Notes under the pieces: model-generated | Seen by the model: only the letters and a program-made list of their open reading frames with translations | What the model was told of the DNA's origin: nothing | Database searches by the model: none | Source of the DNA: Candidatus Woesebacteria bacterium | GTDB lineage: Bacteria; Patescibacteriota; Microgenomatia; UBA8517 | Length of the DNA stretch: 64,000 bases | Reading direction: 5' to 3' | NCBI GenBank assembly: GCA_963716475.1 | Contig: OY970314.1 | Location: forward strand, 500,790 to 564,789 | Shown here: positions 20,016 through 29,809 of the stretch, piece by piece | Layout of the letters: the number at the start of each line of letters is the position of its first letter | How positions within the stretch are numbered: position 1 is the stretch's first letter | Translations under genes and position numbers: made by a program

Positions 20016-21422
20016 TTACTTTGCGACAATGGTCGCATCTATTTTAAAAAAGGCAGACACGGCTCGGTTTTCCCAATTTTCCGGAAAGGCTGTAACCTGC
20101 CAAAAACGGATCAACCCCGAAGGCGGAAGCTGTTTCACTTCAATAATCTTTTGATTTTTGACAGGCGGAAGATCTTTAAGATAGCTAAACATGGCATCAA
20201 ATGATTGAGCGTAATTCTTTGCAATATACATGTCCGCGGCTAATGTGGATGTTATCCGGAAGCCGAAAAGAAAGATTAATAGCGAACTTATTATCACAAA
20301 CCCTTCAAACCATTTCTGTGCATATTCACTCCCCCTTCGGATCAGGTAACTCATAAAATAACTACCCGTGACCAGCGACAATAAAATAGTAAACGCCGTT
20401 GTTTCAAACGCTCTGTCCGGCAAAATTCTACCCAGCGACAGGTAACCGATAACCATTGGGGGAATACTTAGAAGAACCGGCGCGCTAAGAGTGAATAATA
20501 TTAAATTTATAAGGCTCTGTTTTTTTATCTTAGTCAAACTCTTCTGCACAAAGTCAAGTTTTGAAAAAAGGTAGGCTAGGGATATGAAAAGAGGCATCAG
20601 TAATAAAAAGTAGTTTTTAAAGATATCCCAAACCAGGTTTGGACCATCTCTTATAGCGTAGAATACGCTTCCCAGGGGGCTCATGGGGCTTGAGGTGGGT
20701 GAATTCATACGACCACTATTGCCCGGGCTTAAATATACGATAACCAAAGATATCGCAGTGGCCAAAAATACAAATAGTATCTGTTTCGAAAGGGTGGTAC
20801 GGGGCTTACTCCTCTGTATAAAAAAGTAGACAGTGGCTAGACCGCTTACCAGAAAATTTACAACCAAAACGGTTTCGTTTCCTCCACCTGCAAAAAATGC
20901 AAATACAAAAAGAAGCAAATACGCCCACCAAGATTTAACACCTCTAATTAATAATGAAATAACAATCAGGTCGAATAGGGTTGGCCAGAGATAGGTGGCA
21001 GCGCCGTTCAACCAATACCAACTGTCTCTTTGACTTGGTGTTATTACATAATATGTAACAAAAAGAATTCCGGTAAATAAAATATTTTTCCAATTAAAAA
21101 ATCTCAGTTTCGTCAGAGAACTAATAAAAAACGCCAGAGAAAGAAAACCTAAAGCGACGGTAATTAACGAAAAAATTACAGTTTTCCCTGTCGGACTCGA
21201 CATGGCACCGATTGACGAAATTAATAAATTGGATGTATATCTTCCCGTCAGGGACATATACCACCCTATTTGCCCGAAGAAAAAATTGCTATTCAGAAAA
21301 CCATTAGCAAAGCTAAAATCGTCAGCCGCCATCCTATTAAAAGGAATTATCGAGAAAATCTTGATAAAACCCAGCAAAGAGGTCGACACTAAAGCAAATA
21401 TTAAATATAGATCAATTCCCAT
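20016..21422 (-). CDS. DUF6056-like polytopic membrane protein, putative GT-C glycosyltransferase
   Basis: ADDFSF...TGRY first loop, WYWLNGAATYLWP, GGGNET, SPGNSGR. Confidence 0.7.
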   Translation of the reverse strand: MGIDLYLIFALVSTSLLGFIKIFSIIPFNRMAADDFSFANGFLNSNFFFGQIGWYMSLTGRYTSNLLISSIGAMSSPTGKTVIFSLITVALGFLSLAFFISSLTKLRFFNWKNILFTGILFVTYYVITPSQRDSWYWLNGAATYLWPTLFDLIVISLLIRGVKSWWAYLLLFVFAFFAGGGNETVLVVNFLVSGLATVYFFIQRSKPRTTLSKQILFVFLATAISLVIVYLSPGNSGRMNSPTSSPMSPLGSVFYAIRDGPNLVWDIFKNYFLLLMPLFISLAYLFSKLDFVQKSLTKIKKQSLINLILFTLSAPVLLSIPPMVIGYLSLGRILPDRAFETTAFTILLSLVTGSYFMSYLIRRGSEYAQKWFEGFVIISSLLIFLFGFRITSTLAADMYIAKNYAQSFDAMFSYLKDLPPVKNQKIIEVKQLPPSGLIRFWQVTAFPENWENRAVSAFFKIDATIVAK

Positions 21423-21481
21423 ACAAAACTCTTCAATTATATCTTATTTTAGAGTTTTGCAAGTGTTCGGCTATCGTGTTT

Positions 21482-22318
21482 TTATTTTGCCTGACGACCT
21501 TGAAGATATTCTAAAATCCCTACGAAAATTCCGAAATCATAAGTAATTTTAAACTGTATAAATGCTGGTGTGCGGGAGGTAACTGACTTCCATATACCGA
21601 CGATTAGAGAAACGGGAAGAATAGTCCTCCCTGCGCCGATTATCATTCCCAATTTTCCGAATTTATAATTTCTCTTTCCGACCCATTTGGCATGACTAAA
21701 AATCTCTCCAAGCGACGAAGGGTTTTTATGATAAAAAATAGCTCCTTGGGTATTCACTGCTTCATAACCGAGTTTCCCGTAAAGACTCCAGTCGTCATCG
21801 TAGCCGCCGGGAGTAAATCCGCCTACTTTATCAAACTCACTTTTCAGAATCGCCCTGAAGACCGGTTGATAATCCGGATAATTTTCAGGGTGTCGCTTTT
21901 TGGCTTCCCATCCTTCGTTTATGTTCCAGCATCTGGCCCAAACATTTTGCCAGTTTGCCACGTATTCTTCCTTACTGAAAGTTCCTTTTGCTTTACCATC
22001 AACAATCGGTGCTATGAGATTTTTTAAGAAATCTTTTTCAAAGGTCATATCCGCATCCACGAAAACCAAAATTTCTCCTTTTGACAACCCAGCGCCTGCA
22101 TTTCTGGCTGCCCCTGTTCCGAGGTGACTTTGCTTGATAAATCTGAAGTTCTGTAAAGATCTTTTTAAGTTTTTTAATACCCCGAGTGTTCCGTCTGTCG
22201 AACCGTCATCAACAACAATAATTTCAAAATCATTTTGGGTTTGCTCCCCCAACGATTGTATGCAATCTTCAAGAACTCCTTTTTCGTTATAAGATGGAAT
22301 AATGGTGGATATTTTCAT
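21482..22318 (-). CDS. Glycosyltransferase family 2
   Basis: IIPSYNE, VVDDGSTDGT, ARNAG, FVDAD, GYDDD. Confidence 0.9.
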   Translation of the reverse strand: MKISTIIPSYNEKGVLEDCIQSLGEQTQNDFEIIVVDDGSTDGTLGVLKNLKRSLQNFRFIKQSHLGTGAARNAGAGLSKGEILVFVDADMTFEKDFLKNLIAPIVDGKAKGTFSKEEYVANWQNVWARCWNINEGWEAKKRHPENYPDYQPVFRAILKSEFDKVGGFTPGGYDDDWSLYGKLGYEAVNTQGAIFYHKNPSSLGEIFSHAKWVGKRNYKFGKLGMIIGAGRTILPVSLIVGIWKSVTSRTPAFIQFKITYDFGIFVGILEYLQGRQAK

Positions 22319-23248
22319 TTGATAATTTCAGCCAAATAAATTATTCATACTTTCTCGCAATCCCGTCCCAGGAAAATTTCTCAGCTTGTTTTCTGGGTTT
22401 ATCGTCCCAATTTGTTTCCAAGGTCTTTTGTAAAGCCTTTGCATATTCATCGGTGTTGGTTGGGATCGGTAAAAAGTCCGGCTTCTCCCACTATTTCGCG
22501 TCTCACAGGATCATCGGTTGCCACAACCGGAAGCCCCGATGCCATCGCTTCAACCAAAACATTACCAAAAGACTCGGATGATGCTGACGGCAATGTAAAA
22601 ATGTCAGCGCTCCTATAAACTTCCGGCATTTTTTCGAAAGGAACCGAAATCATTTCAAATTTACCTCTAAGGGTCTCTGTACCCATTCTTTTTATTTCCT
22701 CAGTCTTATCCCCCCCTCCGGCAGCAATAAGTAAATTTACATTTTCCAGTTTTGCAACAGCCTTAATAACTAAATCCAGTCTTTTTTGTTCCGTCGCAGC
22801 TCCTACGCAAAGAATCGTCTTTGTCCGATTCCCAATTCCTCTACTTTTAGATTTAAATCTTTCGAGGTCAACTCCGTTGGGTATATATATAGATTTAACA
22901 AAAGGGTTCACTTTCCTTGCCCAGCCTAGTGCTTTCGAAGATAAGAGCAACAAAAGTGTCCGGAAATGTATAGAGGTTAACGCGATCATCCCATCCTATG
23001 CCCGACTGTCCCGAGACGACCATTTTGCCTCCTGTCAGCCAGGTTATTTTTCGCGTTATGATAACCTGTAAGCGTCCGTTTGTCGGAATTACTACATCAT
23101 ATTTTTTCTTCAGAAGTTTGAAGTAGTTTATCTCGGCGATTACATCAACTTCGTGGTTTTTGGAAAGTCTTTTGGACAGCTCATAGACAAAAGTCTCGGC
23201 TCCCCGGGAAACCTTATTTTGATATCTGTTTAAAAAAGCAATTTTCAC
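22315..23248 (-). pseudogene. Glycosyltransferase family 4 broken by about four single-base insertions (pseudogene or consensus error)
   Basis: Track ORFs 22895-23248 (MKIAFLNRY..GAET) and 22447-22989 (PNGVD..ESFGNVLVEAMASGLP) join at ~22945. After ~22461 a third frame reads TNTDEYAKAL...FSWDGIARKYE. Removing two more bases (~22343, ~22333) gives NLFAEIIK* with an ATGA overlap at 22315-22318. Confidence 0.85.
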
Positions 23249-24606
23249 TTGTTTGAAATAAGTATTTCTATACCATCCACTTTTTCTCTTAACACATAGT
23301 TTACTGTTACATAATCATAAACTTTTTGCGGAATGTACGCCGAAAGACCCGACTCCGAATATGAATTAAGAAGAATGATTTTAGGTTTTGAATTTTTAAG
23401 GTCTTCGACCATTTTATCCTGAATTCCGGGCAGCTCCGTATACCAGGAAAGTTGTGGCATCCAGGGATCGACTGCCGGTAACGTGTCACTCAAAGCGTAA
23501 ATGTTGTCCCACCAGTTCATAACAAAAATTTTGTCTCCCGGGTTGGTATTATATTTTACGTATAAAACCAAATCCTGTACGTCACTCTCGTAAAACCTGA
23601 CACCTTCATTGAAATTTCTCATAAAGAACCCGCCAAAAAGATAAATACTTCCCAAAATGTAAAAAAACAGGAATATTTTAATCAACTTTTCTTTTAAAAA
23701 CTTATCGGAGAAAAAGATTCCGGTCGCGATTGCTAAAAAGGGAATCGCGGGCTGAAAATGAAAATATTCAAATCGCGGATATGCCCCGAGTGATCCGGCA
23801 ACTGCCCAAATAAGCAAATTAATATTTTTCCGACCCGTTTTCCAAATCAGAGGAATAAATATCAAAAACGGAAATGCCGAGACGACCAGATTTTTTAAAT
23901 CCGGTAATTGTATTTGCCCCTGAGCCTTGGGTAAAACAATAATCCCAAAATGAATAGCCCATTCGTAAAAGCCGGGCAAGATACCCAGTGACCATAAAAC
24001 CAAAACGCTCGTGATAGTAACAAGAAATACCCCTATGATAAATTTCTTGAAATTTTGTATTAAGTACCGCGTACTCTGTGTCAATTCCAACCCGATTGGA
24101 AGTAAAAACCAGACAGCCGTCTGTTTTGAAAGAAATGCAATTGCCCAAAAAATTCCTGCCCAAAAATTTTTTTTCTTTTTAATAAAGTAATAGGATATTA
24201 AAACCGGTACTCCCATAAACAAATCAAACCAAAGTCCGTTTCCGTCAAAAAACAGCTGCCAGAAAATAAAAGAACCTAGAGCGATTAGGGCCGTTTTGAT
24301 ACTCCAAAGTTTCTTGCCTACCCAAAATACCAAAAAATCCAATATCAAAATTAAAATCCAGGTAAATATTTTTAATTGAAGAATACCCGTACCGAAGATT
24401 TTGTAGAAAATTGCAAGCTTAAACAACATTAAGGGCGTATGGGCAATTGCAATATCGCGGTAGGGCAGCCAGCCTTTGGTTATAAGGTACGGCCAGAGAG
24501 TCATTTCCGGCCAGGCAGTAAATTTTAAGTAAATCAACAGAACAAGATGAACTAAAACGGCTCCGAAGAGAAGGAGTGTAGAATTTTTCTTGATAAAATT
24601 TAACAT
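23245..24606 (-). CDS. Polytopic membrane protein, putative GT-C (ArnT-like) transferase
   Basis: WPE...GWLPYRDIAIAHTPL first loop, SKQT, YPRFEYFHFQP, C-terminal soluble domain; probable start ATG 24606 (track 24666). Confidence 0.7.
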   Translation of the reverse strand: MLNFIKKNSTLLLFGAVLVHLVLLIYLKFTAWPEMTLWPYLITKGWLPYRDIAIAHTPLMLFKLAIFYKIFGTGILQLKIFTWILILILDFLVFWVGKKLWSIKTALIALGSFIFWQLFFDGNGLWFDLFMGVPVLISYYFIKKKKNFWAGIFWAIAFLSKQTAVWFLLPIGLELTQSTRYLIQNFKKFIIGVFLVTITSVLVLWSLGILPGFYEWAIHFGIIVLPKAQGQIQLPDLKNLVVSAFPFLIFIPLIWKTGRKNINLLIWAVAGSLGAYPRFEYFHFQPAIPFLAIATGIFFSDKFLKEKLIKIFLFFYILGSIYLFGGFFMRNFNEGVRFYESDVQDLVLYVKYNTNPGDKIFVMNWWDNIYALSDTLPAVDPWMPQLSWYTELPGIQDKMVEDLKNSKPKIILLNSYSESGLSAYIPQKVYDYVTVNYVLREKVDGIEILISNK

Positions 24607-24607
24607 T

Positions 24608-25531
24608 TCAATAGCCGGGTTTCCCCCACCATACCCTCCTTTTAATTTTTCGGAGCGGAGTTTCAAAAATGGATTTTATCGTAAAAGGAACATCCATCGT
24701 CTTCCAGGGGCTTTCTACTATCACCGGTCTGGGTTTGAAAAACACTTCCGGGTAGTAAAAGTCCTTTGGAAACGGAATTCCCATCTCATATTTCCGTTTC
24801 ATTTTCCTTTTTACAACTTCGGCATCTCTGTCTCCGCCGGATCTGGACAAATGGGTAACGTGCATATATGGGGCGTTTATAAATGCTATTTTCTTCGGAT
24901 CTCTGTCTTGGATCATCTTTCCTTCGCCGTCTACCCAACCCCAAACGCCATGAACCCCCTGAGAATGTAAACCGGGAATTTTTCTATTGATTGCCCGTAG
25001 GGCAAAATGCCCAACCTTACCGGCAAGTTTATATCTGCCGGCTTTTTCTTCCTGACGATGAAACATATCCCCGACCGGCAAGATCGCAGGAACGACTATT
25101 GACTCAAGTTCGTCCCCTCTCTCCTGAATCAAATCAACAACTTTCCGTATGGAGTCCTCCCACCAAATTTCATCGGCATCGACAACAATAAACCAGTCCG
25201 CTACAGTCTTGTCCAGCATTTTTTCCCGCGTCCATGGAAAAAAACTTTCATCCTGATATAATTCTGCGGCGGGCGGAGTCTGATCCAGCATATGTTGTCT
25301 GGCAAACTCCTCATCAAAATCCTGCATCATTGCGTCTTCGTAAAATACCTTACCCTGGCTTTTGGACAAATCTAGTATTTTATCGACCACGGCCCGGGTG
25401 TAATCTCGACTGCCCATATCCCAAATCCTTATTCTGTCGACGTATTTATAAACCGACATTACTGCATACCACACAAACTTTGCTTCATTTTTTACCAGAG
25501 TGTGAACCGAAATTATTTTCTTACGTTTCAT
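24608..25531 (-). CDS. Glycosyltransferase family 2-like
   Basis: VHTLVKNE, WDMGSRD, WFIVVDADEIW; probable start ATG 25531. Confidence 0.8.
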   Translation of the reverse strand: MKRKKIISVHTLVKNEAKFVWYAVMSVYKYVDRIRIWDMGSRDYTRAVVDKILDLSKSQGKVFYEDAMMQDFDEEFARQHMLDQTPPAAELYQDESFFPWTREKMLDKTVADWFIVVDADEIWWEDSIRKVVDLIQERGDELESIVVPAILPVGDMFHRQEEKAGRYKLAGKVGHFALRAINRKIPGLHSQGVHGVWGWVDGEGKMIQDRDPKKIAFINAPYMHVTHLSRSGGDRDAEVVKRKMKRKYEMGIPFPKDFYYPEVFFKPRPVIVESPWKTMDVPFTIKSIFETPLRKIKRRVWWGKPGY

Positions 25532-26807
25532 TTTTTGCCCAGTAGTGTCTGATAACAATTACCCATGTGTAAGTTGCTAAAATGATATTTGTAACACCTA
25601 AAGTAATTGTTGGCCCGAAAACCCCAAATTTAGGAATTAGGACAAAGTTCAAAATGAAAATTGCGGCTATCTGAAAAAACGAAAATGCTCCGATAAACAC
25701 CGTTTTCTTCATCGCATATATAATTGCTGTTACTGAAGGAACGGTAAATAAAAAGGGGATTTGGGCTGCCGCCAGCGCCTGAAAAACAGGAACTGACTCT
25801 AGATATTTCGTTCCGAAAAGAGTCAGTATGAACGGTTTTGCAATAATTATCCAAAGTACTATTCCAGCAGTAATCGGAAGAAGTGCCAAAAGAGATTTCA
25901 TAATGTATTTTTTCTCAATTTCCTTATTTCCAAACCCGGCAAGCCTCGGCGCAAGTACCGAAGAAAAACTTCCTGCAAGAACTATGATAAAAGAAGCAAG
26001 CCGTGAGGGAATTGAATACAGTCCGGTAGCAAACGCACCGGCCATCGTCGCCAACATTTGAATATCAAGTCTTCCGGAAACTGATGAAACAATTCTATTT
26101 ACGCCAATCCAGCCAGAATACTTGAGAAGATTTTTATACTCGTCCTTTTCGGGTTTTGCCCTCAGGAAATCAGTCTTTAGAAAAATCAAGATCAAAATAA
26201 CCTCCACAACAAATCCGGCACCAAACGCCCAAAACGCCTTTGACATTGTCAGGGCTCCGATTACATAAAAAGCAAACGCAAACAAAAATCTTACCAAATA
26301 GAAAACATTATCAATTACTGTAGAGTGGAGAAACTTTTTCTTTGCCTGCAAAATATATGGGAAAAACGCATCGGGAAAAAGAAAAATCGGAATAATTGCG
26401 GACCAAATAGCAATTCCCGGGTCGCGTGTGGCCAAAAAGGTCCTTGAAACAAATGGGGCAAAAATAAAAATAACGGCCGAGACAAAAAAAACAATAACAA
26501 GCCTGACTACAAACGCTGCTTTTATATACTGATTGGCTTTTTCAGGCTCACCTTTTGCTGTGTGGGTAGAAACAAAATTCACTGATCCTGTCGAAATCCC
26601 AATGTCTGAAAGGGACGCAAGAATGGTAACAAGGTTAATCGCTGCCGAAAAAATTCCAAAATCATACACACTGAAGGAGCGGGCAACAAATAATGTAAAA
26701 AGAAAGCCCAAAAATGCTGAGCTTGTATTACCGATAAATAGAACAAAGGTGTCCTTCGCCGTTCCCGAAAAAAGTATGTGCCTCACCAAATCGTAATATC
26801 TTCTCAC
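25521..26807 (-). CDS. wzx: Wzx-type oligosaccharide flippase
   Basis: ~12 TM; VARSFSVYDFGIFS...SDIGI, RLDIQML, GLYS, LNFVLIPKFGVFG; GTG start. Confidence 0.85.
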   Translation of the reverse strand: MRRYYDLVRHILFSGTAKDTFVLFIGNTSSAFLGFLFTLFVARSFSVYDFGIFSAAINLVTILASLSDIGISTGSVNFVSTHTAKGEPEKANQYIKAAFVVRLVIVFFVSAVIFIFAPFVSRTFLATRDPGIAIWSAIIPIFLFPDAFFPYILQAKKKFLHSTVIDNVFYLVRFLFAFAFYVIGALTMSKAFWAFGAGFVVEVILILIFLKTDFLRAKPEKDEYKNLLKYSGWIGVNRIVSSVSGRLDIQMLATMAGAFATGLYSIPSRLASFIIVLAGSFSSVLAPRLAGFGNKEIEKKYIMKSLLALLPITAGIVLWIIIAKPFILTLFGTKYLESVPVFQALAAAQIPFLFTVPSVTAIIYAMKKTVFIGAFSFFQIAAIFILNFVLIPKFGVFGPTITLGVTNIILATYTWVIVIRHYWAKNET

Positions 26808-26819
26808 ACCGTTATTTTA

Positions 26820-28376
26820 CTATTTCCTGACTAGAAGGACAGCTGAAGAATCTTGTCGTTCATAATCATCACTTGCACTAACTTTGTAAATTCCTTTCAA
26901 AGTAAATTCTTTTGCAATTTCAGTGCATCCGTCACATGTCCATTTTTTTGGATCCCCCGGATTATTAAATATCAATCTCCAATCAGTACCCATATAATAG
27001 TTCTCGTCGTCTATTAAATAACTTGTCAGGTAAATCGCATCAAAGGGAATTTTGCCGGTATCGGGGTCTATTAATTGCTTTGGCTCAAGCGGAAACCAAA
27101 CGGTCTTCCTTTCTCCATACCAGCTTCCCCAAGTGTCCAAATTTGTAAGTACAACATCCGCCATATTAGTATTGTCACGAAGTTTATAGGAAAGCTCAAC
27201 ATATACAGGAGGTTTCCCAACGTTGTGAGTGTTCCTTTCAAATCTGGAGTCGAGAACTAGTACCCCAAGAGTTTGTCCAACCCCAAAAACCAGAATTAAG
27301 AATGTAGAAGCTAGAATCACAAACTTCTTATTACTCGATATTTGACCCATTATCGAAACAAGTGTCCCAACAGCAATAATATATACAAGAGGAATTATTG
27401 GGTGGATATATCTATAAAAAGGAATGCTTGCTGCCGTAACCAAAAGGGTAACGGCTGCCATAAAGACCGAGGCAAACTTGAAACCGGACAAAAGTCTTAC
27501 TTGCCCTTCCGTGGCTTTAGGCGAAGGAGGGACAAATAAACCTATTACGAATAGTGCAAAAAGATACGGACTAATTATCTGTGGGAGAAGTTTGTAAAAG
27601 TTATAGAGATTGTAAAAAATATTTTTAAGAGTTTGACCAATTCCTCCGACCGCAACTACTGCGCCTCGAAGTGAACCAGATGCAACCCCAGATTGATTAA
27701 ATGACGAACCAATTCCTCTGCCAATAATAGAATACAAAAAATAATTCCCTGAAATAATCAATAAAATAAAGTGATCTATCAAAAAACCTGCAACTAAAAT
27801 TCCAGAAAAATAAATCGCCGCCTTTTTAATATTGAAATTTATCAAAAGCCAATAAAGAATTACTCCTGCTATATAAATAAAGGCTTGACGACGCGTGAAA
27901 TACATTAACACTAAAAACAAAAAGGCAATTACTGTCCCCCACTTCTTCTTTAAAGAAATGAAGTATGAAGCAGCCACTATTTCAAAAATAAATGGAGATT
28001 CGGAGGCTCCGTCAGTGGCATAATTTATAAGATCATAATTAAATCCGATGGTAAGGGTTGAAAGAACCCCAGCGAGATTGCTACGGAATATTTTTTTAGA
28101 CAATAGAAATACAAAAACGAGGGTAAGAATAAAATAGAAAAATGATGTGGCAATTACTGCAAAATCAGTAACCCCAAAGACTTTAAAAAAGCTGGCAATT
28201 GAAAAAGGCATAATCGGTGGTGTCCATAAGGCTGAAAATGTGTTTTGCTTTAAAAAACCAAATATTGAGCTATCCCAAAAGTTAAAACTACCACCATAAC
28301 CTAAACCATTTACCAAATTTCTGGCAATATCTGCAAACTTGGCTGCATCAGAAAAATGTAGATAAAAATCAAGCAT
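26820..28376 (-). CDS. GT-C fold glycosyltransferase (ArnT/PMT_2-like)
   Basis: SDAAKFADIARNLVNGLGY..PPIMP, ASESPF, TRRQA, RYIHP. Confidence 0.75.
   Translation of the reverse strand: MLDFYLHFSDAAKFADIARNLVNGLGYGGSFNFWDSSIFGFLKQNTFSALWTPPIMPFSIASFFKVFGVTDFAVIATSFFYFILTLVFVFLLSKKIFRSNLAGVLSTLTIGFNYDLINYATDGASESPFIFEIVAASYFISLKKKWGTVIAFLFLVLMYFTRRQAFIYIAGVILYWLLINFNIKKAAIYFSGILVAGFLIDHFILLIISGNYFLYSIIGRGIGSSFNQSGVASGSLRGAVVAVGGIGQTLKNIFYNLYNFYKLLPQIISPYLFALFVIGLFVPPSPKATEGQVRLLSGFKFASVFMAAVTLLVTAASIPFYRYIHPIIPLVYIIAVGTLVSIMGQISSNKKFVILASTFLILVFGVGQTLGVLVLDSRFERNTHNVGKPPVYVELSYKLRDNTNMADVVLTNLDTWGSWYGERKTVWFPLEPKQLIDPDTGKIPFDAIYLTSYLIDDENYYMGTDWRLIFNNPGDPKKWTCDGCTEIAKEFTLKGIYKVSASDDYERQDSSAVLLVRK
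27501..27535. repeat. GC-rich palindromic element inserted in frame in a membrane-protein gene (encodes VPPSPKATEGQ)
   Basis: TTGCCCTTCC GTGGCTTTAGGCGAA GGAGGGACAA: imperfect inverted repeat, GC-rich against an AT-rich gene. Confidence 0.6.
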
Positions 28377-28469
28377 CGTGATAATATTATCAGTTTTTAT
28401 TCTAGAGTATCATATCAAACTAAACAAATATTGAAACGGTAATCTTATGTATAATAAATAACAATTTCA

Positions 28470-29078
28470 ATGAGTAAGGTCGGCAAAATGGTAAAAAGGC
28501 TAAAAGCCACAAAATTAAGCAAAAAAATTATTTGGTTATTTTTCACAACGATAAAACCAAGAGGCGGTCCACAATCTACTAAAGAAAAACAAGAATTAAT
28601 AATCAAATTGGCTCAAAAGAACAAGATATCAAATTTTATTGAGACCGGCACCTATATCGGAGAAACGGTAAAGGCTATCATCCCATTTTTCAAAAACATT
28701 TACACTATAGAACTAAATAAAAAGTTGTACCTATACAATAAAAAAAGGTTTTACAAAAATAGCAAGGTAAAGGTTGTTTGGGGAAATAGCTATTTGAAAC
28801 TTAAACAGATTTTACCCAAGCTAAAAAGACCAATATTTTTCTGGTTAGATGCTCATTACTCCGGAGGAATAACTTCTAAAACAAAAAAACAAACTCCAAT
28901 AGAAGAAGAACTAGCAACTATTGTAAAATATTGGAGAAAAGGAAGCATCGTACTAATAGACGATGCAAGGCTTTTCAACGGTAAGCGAGGATATCCCACA
29001 ATCGAAAAAATTGTAAAAATATTTTCAAAAAAGAATGTCATAATAAAAATTACGAAAGACATAATAACAATCGAGTGA
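28470..29078 (+). CDS. Class I SAM-dependent methyltransferase-like protein
   Basis: FIETGTYIGET, YTIEL, GNS, FWLDAHYSGG, IVLIDDARLF. Confidence 0.75.
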   Translation: MSKVGKMVKRLKATKLSKKIIWLFFTTIKPRGGPQSTKEKQELIIKLAQKNKISNFIETGTYIGETVKAIIPFFKNIYTIELNKKLYLYNKKRFYKNSKVKVVWGNSYLKLKQILPKLKRPIFFWLDAHYSGGITSKTKKQTPIEEELATIVKYWRKGSIVLIDDARLFNGKRGYPTIEKIVKIFSKKNVIIKITKDIITIE

Positions 29079-29809
29079 ATATAACTTACGAACTTCTTCA
29101 AAAAATTAAGGGTGTATTTAGATACCTTGGATTAGAAATTAGTTTTTACAATCCCTCCGGTGTGTTTATTAACCAATTTATGACAGCGTTAAAATACAAC
29201 AAAATAGATTTAATCATCGATGTGGGTGCCAACGAGGGTCAATTCGCCTTAGAATCAATACACGCTGGTTACAATGGAAGTATTATTTCAATCGAGCCCC
29301 TCACTGGCGCCTATGGAAACCTGTTAAAAAATTCAAAAAAATATAAAAATTGGATAGTATTTCCCAGAATGGCTGTCGGTGACAAAAATCATTTAACCTA
29401 TATTAATGTTTCCCAAAACTCAGTAAGCAGTTCGATATTGGATATGACACCAAGACACCTCAATTCGGCTCCAGATTCCAAATACGTAAAGAGGGAGAAA
29501 GTAAAAGTTTTTCAATTGGACAACTTTATTAATAAGTTTAAAGAATATGAATATATTTTACTCAAAATAGACGCACAGGGTTACGAAAGTTTTGTTTTGA
29601 AAGGGGCTAAGAAATTATTATTATCAAAAAATTTAAAGGGTATATTTATAGAGGTCTCTTTTTCAGAATTGTATAAAAACCAGAAAATGTTCGACTATTT
29701 TTACAAGGAATTAAAAAATAAAGGATTTAATATATGGGCACTAGAAGACGAATTAATCGAAAAATCTACCGGTAAGTTACTCCAAGCCAACCTATTTGCC
29801 TTCAAATAA
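29075..29809 (+). CDS. FkbM family methyltransferase
   Basis: IIDVGANEGQF, SIEP, SSSIL, LLKIDAQGYESFVLKGA. Confidence 0.92.
   Translation: MNITYELLQKIKGVFRYLGLEISFYNPSGVFINQFMTALKYNKIDLIIDVGANEGQFALESIHAGYNGSIISIEPLTGAYGNLLKNSKKYKNWIVFPRMAVGDKNHLTYINVSQNSVSSSILDMTPRHLNSAPDSKYVKREKVKVFQLDNFINKFKEYEYILLKIDAQGYESFVLKGAKKLLLSKNLKGIFIEVSFSELYKNQKMFDYFYKELKNKGFNIWALEDELIEKSTGKLLQANLFAFK

Noticed and set aside
22447-22449. TGA read-through or genetic code 25 (or selenocysteine) to explain broken genes
   Set aside because: The breaks are frame changes rather than in-frame TGA codons, and many intact genes end in TGA with ATGA overlaps.
24162-24181. A/T homopolymer tracts as phase-variation switches (also the A8 run near 16932)
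   Set aside because: The genes are in frame, such runs are expected in AT-rich Lys/Phe codons, and the observed frameshifts are not in long tracts.
28431-28455. Canonical sigma70 promoter TTGAAA...TATAAT before 28470
   Set aside because: The spacer is only 13 bp; the -10 may be real but the -35 pairing is not supported.
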